Positions 1-7,856 of a stretch of DNA of 41,991 nucleotides are shown here, in pieces. Position 1 is the first letter of the stretch. Each line of letters starts with the position of its first letter. The position numbers and the translations under genes were made by a program. The notes under the pieces are model-generated. The model was not told the origin of the DNA. It searched no databases and was given only the letters and a program-made list of their open reading frames with translations. The stretch lies in assembly GCA_965652925.1 (NCBI GenBank), contig CBFGXL010000006.1, positions 1 through 41,991 on the forward strand. Direction: 5' to 3'. The DNA is from an uncultured bacterium. Lineage in GTDB: Bacteria; Patescibacteriota; Minisyncoccia; Phycocordibacterales; UBA918.

Positions 1-3
1 AGC

Positions 4-9
4 TACAAT
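4..9 (+). promoter_or_regulatory. putative -10 box (TACAAT) for the 250..1392 transcript
   Basis: TACAAT at 4-9. The predicted start (~15-16) coincides with the first base of the structured leader. The -35 region lies outside the window. Confidence 0.45.
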
Positions 10-15
10 GAATAT

Positions 16-230
16 GTACTTGTTGGAGAGGTGACCCTTTAGAGTCACTGCATTCTCTTCGCGTAGAGAGTGGATGTCTGCAGCCGGATGTTATCCAACA
101 AGTGTGCTTACATTTGTTTCTGCGCAGAAGGCGTGGAGACCTGATGCGCAAATTGAGTTCACCGTACCACAGTGAATTCGCGCTTCGCACACCTTTACAT
201 ACAAAGGAGGTATGACGAAGTAATGTAAGT
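16..230 (+). ncRNA. candidate structured 5' leader RNA (two multibranch domains)
   Basis: Stem 16-27/94-105 encloses hairpins 30-35/44-49, 51-58/65-72 and 73-80/85-92. Stem 106-114/222-230 encloses 121-126/145-150, 155-162/172-179 and 183-187/216-220. Several pairs are G-U. Confidence 0.6.
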
Positions 231-249
231 TAAAACAACGTAAAGAGCT

Positions 250-1392
250 ATGTACACAACGGAAAAAACCGTTACATTGCTCAAAACTATTGCAATAATC
301 GCAGGTCTTGCGGTCACTATGTGGTCGCTTGGTCTGGGAACTCTCCATTTCGTAGACGCTGCTAACATCACAGATGTCAGCGACACGTTGTCGGACTCTG
401 CGCCAAGCGCAAGTGCTGACCACACAATCACCTTCGTTACGCCATCAGGCGTAGCAAATGGTGAAACAATCGTTATTGATCTTACCGAAGGCTTCACTAA
501 CGGTGCAGGTGTAGACCACACAGACATTGATATCGCAACCACATCTGACTTCTCTGTTGCAGCAGACTGCACGGGGTCAGAAGATGTTGGGGCTTCATTC
601 TCAAGTCTTGTGCTCACTTTCACTTTCTGTAGTGGAGATGGGGGATCAATTCCAGCTGGAGCAACTACGACGATTCAGATTGGTGATAACGCAACTGGCG
701 GTACCGCTAATCAGCAACTCGTAAACAATGCTGCAGAAGGATCTTATGAGATTGGCTTTACCGTCGGATCTCAGGATACAGGTTGGACACGTGTAGTCAT
801 CCTTGATGGTGTAGATGTAACCGCTGCTGTTGATACCATTTTCACCTTCACCGTTGATGGTGTAGGCGGTGGGCAATCAGTAAACGGCGACACAACAACC
901 GGAACGACGTCATCGACTTCGATTCCGTTTGGAACACTTACGGATGGAGCGGCCACAACAACTGCTCAGGACCTTACAGTAAGTACCAACGCTTCAAACG
1001 GCTACGTAGTAACCGTTCAGCTCGATCAAGCGCTTCAGTCATCAACTGGCGCCGATATCGATGGATTTGTTGAAGGTTCAGACACGAATACTCCAACAAC
1101 ATGGGCAGCTCCTGTTGATGTTCTCGGCAGTGAGAATACCTATGGACATTGGGGATTCACTTCAGACGACACGGACACCACGCGTGCTCCGGCAGATGAA
1201 TTTGGTGCGCAGGAATATGCTGCAGCAAGTACAACTCCGCGAGTCGTAATGAGCCACGACGGACCTGCAAATGGAACCGGAACTGGCGAAGGTACCACCC
1301 GAGTCGGCTACAAAGTAGAGATCTCTGGCCTCCAAGAGGCTGGTGACGACTACACCGCTACGCTTACATACGTAGCAACTCCTACATTTTAA
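250..1392 (+). CDS. secreted Thr/Gly/Asp-rich surface protein with C-terminal WxL/pilin-like domain; putative major structural subunit
   Basis: Signal peptide ending ...VDA and beta-rich sequence. C-terminus AGDDYTATLTYVATPTF resembles the terminal strand of WxL and Csu/SCPU-type subunits. Many C-ending codons (AAC, TTC, TAC, GAC) suggest high expression. Confidence 0.75.
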   Translation: MYTTEKTVTLLKTIAIIAGLAVTMWSLGLGTLHFVDAANITDVSDTLSDSAPSASADHTITFVTPSGVANGETIVIDLTEGFTNGAGVDHTDIDIATTSDFSVAADCTGSEDVGASFSSLVLTFTFCSGDGGSIPAGATTTIQIGDNATGGTANQQLVNNAAEGSYEIGFTVGSQDTGWTRVVILDGVDVTAAVDTIFTFTVDGVGGGQSVNGDTTTGTTSSTSIPFGTLTDGAATTTAQDLTVSTNASNGYVVTVQLDQALQSSTGADIDGFVEGSDTNTPTTWAAPVDVLGSENTYGHWGFTSDDTDTTRAPADEFGAQEYAAASTTPRVVMSHDGPANGTGTGEGTTRVGYKVEISGLQEAGDDYTATLTYVATPTF

Positions 1393-1393
1393 G

Positions 1394-1525
1394 GAAATAA
1401 TGACCGTCCTGAGGATTCGCGTAACTTAGGACAATCGCGATTTATTTCTCTTGTACATCAGCGTGGGGAATAGTCATGCGCAAGCGTGAAGAATACCTGC
1501 CTGATGCAAATTGCAATAGCAAGAG
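1394..1525 (+). ncRNA. candidate structured 3' UTR/ncRNA with possible pseudoknot and GCAA-tetraloop hairpin
   Basis: Stems 1394-1400/1442-1448 and 1406-1413/1425-1432; loop TCGCG (1417-1421) is complementary to CGCGA (1436-1440). Further stems 1448-1453/1520-1525, 1456-1461/1501-1506 and 1474-1479/1484-1489 with a GCAA loop. Confidence 0.5.
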
Positions 1526-1527
1526 CT

Positions 1528-1568
1528 ACAAAAAACCTATCTCCCACCACGAGTAGGTTTTTTGTTTT
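1528..1568 (+). terminator. intrinsic terminator
   Basis: ACAAAAAACCTA(T)CTC / GAGTAGGTTTTTTGT inverted repeat with a T tract. Confidence 0.8.
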
Positions 1569-1653
1569 AGGAAAGTTTCTTGTGTTGTGACTCACTTTTA
1601 CTATGCACAGCAATTTCAGTTCTGAAACAAAAGCCCACGGTATACTTAATTAC

Positions 1654-2673
1654 ATGAAAAAAGGTGTGCTTCTGCTGTCTCTACAGGTGCTGTTGTTCTT
1701 CGTAGCCTTCGAAGCGCACGGCGCAAGCCTTTATATGGACCCCAATCAGGCAGAGCTTAAGCGTGGAGACACGATGGTTATTTCTGTCCGCCTGGATACC
1801 GATGAAGGAGAGTGCATCAATGTGGTTGATGCGGTCATCACCTATAGTGAAAATATTCAGCCAGTTGACACTTCCCGCGGCAATTCAATTTTAAATTTAT
1901 GGGTTGAAGAGCCGGTTATTAATAAAGAGAACCGCACGATCACTTTTGCCGGCGGCATACCCAACGGCTATTGCGGGCGCATTCCAGGTGATCCGCGTCT
2001 TACCAACAATGTCGTTGATCTTTTGTTCCAGTCGCCAGGACTGCAAATCGGACAAAGTGAAAGCGGCAACATTGCGTCAATAAACTTTGACCCACAAACA
2101 CATGTGCTTCTTAATGACGGATTTGGTACACGTGTTGATCCGAAGGTATTTGGTGCATCAGTGCTTCTGGCCAAAGAGGCGGGAACAAGTGTGCAGAACC
2201 CTTGGCAGGAAGCCGTCACAAATGATGTGGTACCGCCGGAGAAATTTAGTATCACGCTTGAGCGAACACCCAACGCATTCAGCAACAAGTATTTCATCAC
2301 GTTCAATACTACTGACAAGCAGTCTGGCGTAGATCATTATGAAGTTATTGAAGAGCCCTTGGATTCAAAAAATCTCTTTGGTTGGGGCGCTGAGACTGCT
2401 CCATGGGTAGAAGCCAAGAGCCCATTTGTGCTTGAGGATCAGTCCCTTAACAGCACCATTCGTGTACGCGCAATAGATAAGGCCGGCAATGAGTACATCG
2501 CAACGCTTGTACCTGAAGAGAGTCAGCGCACGTTCTCGTCTGACAATATGCTCATTGTGGGAATCTTGGTTGCTTCTGTGCTTGTTCTTCTTATTGTCAT
2601 TGGAGTTATTGTTGTTCTCCTGTTTAAAAGGAGAGGAAGAAGAACTGAAAACTCAATGGAAGAATTAGAATAA
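1654..2673 (+). CDS. cohesin-domain surface protein with Ig-like domain and C-terminal membrane anchor
   Basis: Signal peptide from ATG 1654 (MKKGVLL...AHG). Cohesin-like pattern (GDTMVISVRLDT..INVVDAVITY...ITFAGGIP..Y...VLLNDG.GT), Ig-like D..SG.DHYEV / VRAIDKAGN, and a C-terminal TM followed by KRRGRR. Confidence 0.8.
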   Translation: MKKGVLLLSLQVLLFFVAFEAHGASLYMDPNQAELKRGDTMVISVRLDTDEGECINVVDAVITYSENIQPVDTSRGNSILNLWVEEPVINKENRTITFAGGIPNGYCGRIPGDPRLTNNVVDLLFQSPGLQIGQSESGNIASINFDPQTHVLLNDGFGTRVDPKVFGASVLLAKEAGTSVQNPWQEAVTNDVVPPEKFSITLERTPNAFSNKYFITFNTTDKQSGVDHYEVIEEPLDSKNLFGWGAETAPWVEAKSPFVLEDQSLNSTIRVRAIDKAGNEYIATLVPEESQRTFSSDNMLIVGILVASVLVLLIVIGVIVVLLFKRRGRRTENSMEELE

Positions 2674-2674
2674 T

Positions 2675-4408
2675 ATGCGGATGCAAAACACAATTACTAC
2701 CACATATATAAAACTTGTCATCATAGGTCTGCTTTTATTCTGTGGGGTTACAGTACATGCAGCCACACTTTCTCTGACACCGGGAACAGGTGTATACACA
2801 GCAGGATCCACATTTACTGCGCGCGTAGTTGTCAATACAAGCGGTGACCCGATCAATGCTGCTGACGGTACGCTTTCTTTCAATCCAAAAGAGATTACAG
2901 TTGTTGGCGTAAGCAAGGGAAACATCTTCACCTTGTGGACTGCTGAACCGTCATACTCAAATGCAAATGGAACGATAACTTTCAGCGGAGGCAGTCCTAC
3001 TGGCTATACCGGAAGTAATGGCACGGTCATTTCAGTGACATTTAAGGTAAACAGCGCTGGCAGCCCTCGGGTTAATTTTTCTGATGGATCAGTGCTTGCT
3101 GCTGACGGGAAAGGGACAAATGTACTTACAGCCATGAACGGCGGGGCGTATACCATAAGTGCTGCTGATGTGGTGCCAGAACCAGAGACTATCGAATACA
3201 TTGCACCTGCAAATACACCGTCGGCACCAATAATCGAGTCTTCGACTCATCCGGATAGTACGGCGTGGTATACACAAAAAACAGCATCATTGCGGTGGAA
3301 ATTGCCTGAGGGTGTAACTGCAGTGCGTACGCTTCTTGATGAGCATTCTGGCTCAATACCAACAAAGGTCTATGATACTCCTATCAATGAGATAACCATT
3401 GATGATCTTGAAGAAGGAGTTTCATACTTCCATATACAGTTTAAGAATGCTGAAGGTTGGGGCAAAGTTGCGCACTATCGCCTCGCGGTAGATACACAGA
3501 AGCCGACTGCATTTGAGATTGCACTTCCTGAGCAGGCTGATCTTTCCAATCCAATCCAAACATTGCTTTTGAAGACCGAAGATGCAACTTCAAAAGTAAA
3601 GAGATTCCTCGTGCAGCTTGACGGAAAGGATCCATATGAATTCATCGATGAAACAGGAAGCTCTACGCTCACTCTGCCATCGCTTGAACCGGGTCATCAT
3701 ACCGCTATCATCGAGGCATTTGATGAGGCGGGCAACAGCATCATCAGTACATTCTCGTTTAGTATCCTCGCATTTGATAAGCCGCAGTTTACCGAGTATC
3801 CGTCTGAGATCAATGAACAGGTGATACCGGTCATAAAAGGTATTACACGTCCAAATGCAAAAGTTAGAGTTACACTTGCGCCTGTGGGAGCCGCTGCGAA
3901 GTACTATGAAGTCATGAGCGGTGCGAATGGAGAATTCGTATTTATTCCTGAAGCGCGGCTGCCACTTGGCGTATATGAACTCACTGCAGTTGCGATCGAT
4001 CAATACGGTGCTCAAAGCGATGTCTCTGATACTATTCGGATAGCAGTGCAGCAGCCAGGTTTCATTCAGCTTGGTGGCCTTCTGGTAAGCGTCTTGTCAG
4101 TTATTGTGCCACTCGCTGCTTTGTGTGCGTTACTGTTCCTTTTGGGCACATATCTCCTTGCGCGTATGCGATCATTGAAGAGAGGTGTCAGCAGAGAGGC
4201 TCAGGAAGCTACAGCTATGCTTGCAAGCGAATTCAGCAAACTGCAAAAAGAACTTGCAGCTCAAAAAGCACAGCTTGAAGGAGCTCGAAAGACAAAGAAG
4301 CTCACTAAAGCCGAATCAACACTCTTTGAAACACTTGCGCAGGCACTGCAGGCTTCACAAAAGCGTGTAGAGAAGGAGATAGGAGATGTGGAAGATTTGG
4401 TAGATTAA
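2675..4408 (+). CDS. cohesin-domain surface protein with Ig-like repeats, C-terminal TM and cytoplasmic coiled coil
   Basis: Signal peptide (VHA). Cohesin pattern (GSTFTARVVVNT.G..INAADGTLSF...SVLAADGKGT), Ig-like EAFDEAGN and AVAIDQYG, a TM near the C-terminus and a heptad-rich tail. Confidence 0.8.
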   Translation: MRMQNTITTTYIKLVIIGLLLFCGVTVHAATLSLTPGTGVYTAGSTFTARVVVNTSGDPINAADGTLSFNPKEITVVGVSKGNIFTLWTAEPSYSNANGTITFSGGSPTGYTGSNGTVISVTFKVNSAGSPRVNFSDGSVLAADGKGTNVLTAMNGGAYTISAADVVPEPETIEYIAPANTPSAPIIESSTHPDSTAWYTQKTASLRWKLPEGVTAVRTLLDEHSGSIPTKVYDTPINEITIDDLEEGVSYFHIQFKNAEGWGKVAHYRLAVDTQKPTAFEIALPEQADLSNPIQTLLLKTEDATSKVKRFLVQLDGKDPYEFIDETGSSTLTLPSLEPGHHTAIIEAFDEAGNSIISTFSFSILAFDKPQFTEYPSEINEQVIPVIKGITRPNAKVRVTLAPVGAAAKYYEVMSGANGEFVFIPEARLPLGVYELTAVAIDQYGAQSDVSDTIRIAVQQPGFIQLGGLLVSVLSVIVPLAALCALLFLLGTYLLARMRSLKRGVSREAQEATAMLASEFSKLQKELAAQKAQLEGARKTKKLTKAESTLFETLAQALQASQKRVEKEIGDVEDLVD

Positions 4409-4418
4409 TGAACACTGT

Positions 4419-5090
4419 ATGCATGCACTGCTTTCTCATAAGAAGATATTGGCACTGGCACTTTTCTTTATTTTTGTTGTTTTTTTCGGCGCATCTTTAT
4501 ACATAAAAGATGCTCAGTCAGAATACATACTGCAAACACAGCTTACGATTGCAGAGCAGGAGACACGACTTGCTGCCATCGCAGAACTAACTGCACGAGA
4601 TGGAGCTGATGCGGTTGTTTCTGAGATCATAAAAGACTGCAGTTCTGAGAATCGGGAGCGCTTCGATACTCTTTTAGGGCTTCTCTCTCAGCTTCGAGGC
4701 GCGGAGCTGAGAGAGGTTGAATCCCTCTTTAATGCATGTGGAAACTTTTATGCTGAGCGAAAGGCAGTTATGGTGGCTCGTTTGTCACGCGAGTTTGAGG
4801 TGTACGAAGACCTTATAGAAATTCTTTCTTTGTTCGATCAAAAAGCACAGAGTATTACCTACGATGTGTCAGGCTGGAGGGAATTTGTAGCAATGGAAGA
4901 AGAAAGGAGCAGACTTTCAACGCAACTGGTGCAGGTACAGGGAGACATCATCGCTGCATTACTCATACAAACTCCAATAAGTGCAGAAGAGATGCAGACT
5001 CTTATTGCAAAAGGGCAGGAGACCAAGGACTCTCTTGAGCTGTTGTCAACACAGATAGACAAAAAGCGACAAGACCTCCTTAACTTATGA
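4419..5090 (+). CDS. membrane-anchored alpha-helical hypothetical protein
   Basis: N-terminal TM, coiled-coil-like body and two Cys. Stop overlaps the next start (ATGA). Confidence 0.7.
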   Translation: MHALLSHKKILALALFFIFVVFFGASLYIKDAQSEYILQTQLTIAEQETRLAAIAELTARDGADAVVSEIIKDCSSENRERFDTLLGLLSQLRGAELREVESLFNACGNFYAERKAVMVARLSREFEVYEDLIEILSLFDQKAQSITYDVSGWREFVAMEEERSRLSTQLVQVQGDIIAALLIQTPISAEEMQTLIAKGQETKDSLELLSTQIDKKRQDLLNL

Positions 5091-5863
5091 ACCTCCTACG
5101 AAAAATTCTCTATTATTTCTGCGCACCCTGTGATCCAGGTAAGAGCGCTACAGTACGCTATGCATTCCCACTCGTCTTCACCTTTGCTGCGCTTCTTGGA
5201 GCGGCGGCGGTTATAAGCAGTGGCAAATCATATATTCATATTGAGTCTTCCCAGCAAAATTTACGTGCAGGAGAAACCTTTCAGATAGGCGTGTATGTCA
5301 ATGCTCACGTTCCAGTCAATGCAGTTGATATCAGCCTTACTTTTCCCAAAGAGCAAATCGAAGTGCTTGGCATAGAAACAGGAGAATCCGTTATAACGCT
5401 CTGGACGAGAGATCCGTATGTAGAAAATAATTCGGTCATTTTGCAAGGCGGAACATTTCGACGGGGGTTCAAAGGTGACCACCTTATCGCGACGATCAAT
5501 GCAAGAGCAACAGAAACAGGATTGGCACAGGTATCTGTAGATGATGTAATTCTGCTTGCGGGTGATGGCAGTGGCACTAAAGTCTCAGTTGCAGATAATG
5601 AGGATGGGTCAACTACGCTTTATATAACTGAGGAAGATGGCAAAAGTATCGCTGCTGAAGATGACTACGGAGTGAATCTCCAAGGTTCTGTTGCAATTGT
5701 CATTGTCACTGATATTGATGGAGATGGAGCGGTAACCATATCGGATATCAGCCGCTTTATGCTTGCATGGAGAAACAGGAGTGTCGTCTATGACTTTAAT
5801 GGAGACGGCACAATGACATTTAGAGATTTTGGAATTATTCTGGCAGATTCATTCTTACGGTGA
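5087..5863 (+). CDS. cohesin plus dockerin-like domain protein
   Basis: N-terminal hydrophobic segment and cohesin pattern (GETFQIGVYV...VNAVDISLTF...LAGDGSGT). C-terminal duplicated Ca-binding loops DIDGDGAVTISD and DFNGDGTMTFRD are typical of dockerins. Confidence 0.8.
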   Translation: MNLLRKILYYFCAPCDPGKSATVRYAFPLVFTFAALLGAAAVISSGKSYIHIESSQQNLRAGETFQIGVYVNAHVPVNAVDISLTFPKEQIEVLGIETGESVITLWTRDPYVENNSVILQGGTFRRGFKGDHLIATINARATETGLAQVSVDDVILLAGDGSGTKVSVADNEDGSTTLYITEEDGKSIAAEDDYGVNLQGSVAIVIVTDIDGDGAVTISDISRFMLAWRNRSVVYDFNGDGTMTFRDFGIILADSFLR

Positions 5864-5902
5864 GTGTTGATAACCCCATGTATACTCTTTAATAAAGGTT
5901 AA

Positions 5903-6117
5903 AATTAAGGTGTGATGGGAATAATCTCGGGTATCGAGATTAGACTCAAGATGCTCGAGACGTTTAAATGCCAATTTAAACACATGCTCGAACAACGTAG
6001 GGCAAAACAGAACAAAAGAATAATACTCAATAGTGTATTTCGCTTGAACATTGTTTTTGTCAGGCTGTTTGTTCGTACATGGAAGAGAGGTGGGGTGATA
6101 GGCAGGTCACCTTAATT
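5903..6117 (+). ncRNA. candidate structured leader RNA
   Basis: Follows TATACT (5881-5886). Perfect 10-bp closing stem AATTAAGGTG (5903-5912)/CACCTTAATT (6108-6117). Internal stems TCTCGGGTATC/GATGCTCGAGA, GTTTAAA/TTTAAAC and CGAACAA/TTGTTCG. Confidence 0.5.
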
Positions 6118-6121
6118 CTGT

Positions 6122-7840
6122 ATGAACACATCAAAAAACCACCACAAAAAATATCAAACAACGCTCTATAGCGTGGTCTTTGATAGTTTTGCAGTTCGTA
6201 TTGGTGTTGTACTGCTTTTTGCCTTCCTACTTCTACAGCCTGTTTCTCTCGCGTTTGCCTCTGAAGAAGTGTCTGATGTTCCTGAGGAGCCTGCAATGCT
6301 GCAGCCAGAGGAAACTCCAAACATTGAGGTTGTCGAACAGCAAAATGAGGAAGTTTCAATGCAAGATGAGCCTGCTGTAACTGAAACTGAACCGGAAGAA
6401 GTTGTTAGTCCACAAGATACTGATGTAGTGCCCGAAGAAGAAGTGCCAGACGAGGAGGAAATTGTGGAAACAGAAAGCGAGCCTTCTTTGCTGGTAGGTG
6501 AGGAGCAAGATGTACAAACTGAGGTCTCAGACACCGACAACATACAATCAGAAGAAACTTCATCTGCGACCTCTACAGCAACACAATCGGGTGGATCTGA
6601 GGAGCCATCTGTAACCGAAGAGCCAATACAGACTACAGAAAATTCTGAAATTCCAGTACCTGAAGAGGAGCTGCAGGCAACCACAACTACGCAAGACATA
6701 GAAACAACAGAACCAGAAGAACCGGAAACACAAACGCCGTATGTTCCTGTGCTCGAAGAGTCTGCTTCCACAACAGAAGCAACCTCCACAGAGACTGAAG
6801 TTATTGTTGATCACAATACGAGCGCATATGAGTTCGATACCAGTGAGTGCGCAAGTGTAGGAGATGGCACTTTCTACTGTAGCAGTGCTGAGAATGTACA
6901 AGAATTTGAGGAAGATGGTGTATTTTCTGCTCCCGATGCAGATGGTGATATGGAAATATTTGTACGCCTCAATGGAGAGGAGAGTCAGCTGACTTCAAAT
7001 ACGATAGATGACAGTGCACCATATTATGACGGTATTTCCGAACGCATTGTATGGCACGCTGTGTACCACGATCGGTATCAGGTAGTCAGTTTTGATATGA
7101 ATTCTGGTGATACGACCGTCATCACTGATACCAATTATAACAACATGGAACCTGTTGCTTATGGCGATATAACACTGTGGCAGGCATGGATAGACAACAA
7201 CTGGGAGATCATGATGCATGATGGAGATATTGTTCGCCAGCTAACCAATAACACACTCCATGACGTTTCACCTCATATGCGTGATGAGCATATTGTGTGG
7301 CAGACACAGTTTGCCGATGGCTGGCAGGTTGCGCTGTATGACCAACAAACGGGTGATGTAGCATATGTGCGTTCGGAAGGCGGGGCAAAGGTTGAAAACC
7401 CGCGGTTTGTTCTGGTCTATGACAGCACCAATGAAGCCGGAGATATACAGACCATCGGCTATGATTTTGATAATAAGCGATCATTTACGCTCAGCAGTAT
7501 TCCTGCAGATCTGCCTGAAGAGCTTCCTGAGCCTGATCAAACAGGGGAAACTCGGGCCCTTATTCAGAACAAGCAGACTCCGAAGAGCAGCGAGATAGAA
7601 GAGCTTGAACCACAGCCGCAGGGAAATACGGCCACAAGTACGGAAAGTGACGGATTGCCGACACTCGACCTGACTGCCTCATCAACTTCTCCGGTTTCTG
7701 CGACCACAAGCCCTGCTGTACCTGTTGAGGATTTGGTCATTGAGAGCCCTACCACAACACCAGAGACCATTGATGTAAGCCATATTCCTGACGTGGTTAT
7801 CCCACCTGACCTCGCAACAAGCTCTGCTGAAGTACGTTAG
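6122..7840 (+). CDS. secreted protein with long Glu/Thr/Pro-rich stalk and TolB-like beta-propeller
   Basis: Signal peptide (AFA), about 180 aa of acidic low-complexity sequence, repeated blades (QLTSNTIDDSAP, VITDTNYNNMEP, QLTNNTLHDVSP, each followed by I.W), and a disordered tail. Confidence 0.75.
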   Translation: MNTSKNHHKKYQTTLYSVVFDSFAVRIGVVLLFAFLLLQPVSLAFASEEVSDVPEEPAMLQPEETPNIEVVEQQNEEVSMQDEPAVTETEPEEVVSPQDTDVVPEEEVPDEEEIVETESEPSLLVGEEQDVQTEVSDTDNIQSEETSSATSTATQSGGSEEPSVTEEPIQTTENSEIPVPEEELQATTTTQDIETTEPEEPETQTPYVPVLEESASTTEATSTETEVIVDHNTSAYEFDTSECASVGDGTFYCSSAENVQEFEEDGVFSAPDADGDMEIFVRLNGEESQLTSNTIDDSAPYYDGISERIVWHAVYHDRYQVVSFDMNSGDTTVITDTNYNNMEPVAYGDITLWQAWIDNNWEIMMHDGDIVRQLTNNTLHDVSPHMRDEHIVWQTQFADGWQVALYDQQTGDVAYVRSEGGAKVENPRFVLVYDSTNEAGDIQTIGYDFDNKRSFTLSSIPADLPEELPEPDQTGETRALIQNKQTPKSSEIEELEPQPQGNTATSTESDGLPTLDLTASSTSPVSATTSPAVPVEDLVIESPTTTPETIDVSHIPDVVIPPDLATSSAEVR

Positions 7841-7856
7841 AATATAAGGACAGTTT

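Noticed and set aside
1409-1440. CTGAGGA resembling the hammerhead ribozyme core CUGANGA
   Set aside because: No GAAA follows the putative stem II, and the upstream GAAA is too close to form stems III and I.
6166-6789. 207-aa minus-strand ORF, and similar ones at 195..623, 40396..40986 and 24872..25420
   Set aside because: These are antisense shadows of well-supported plus-strand genes, with no motifs of their own.
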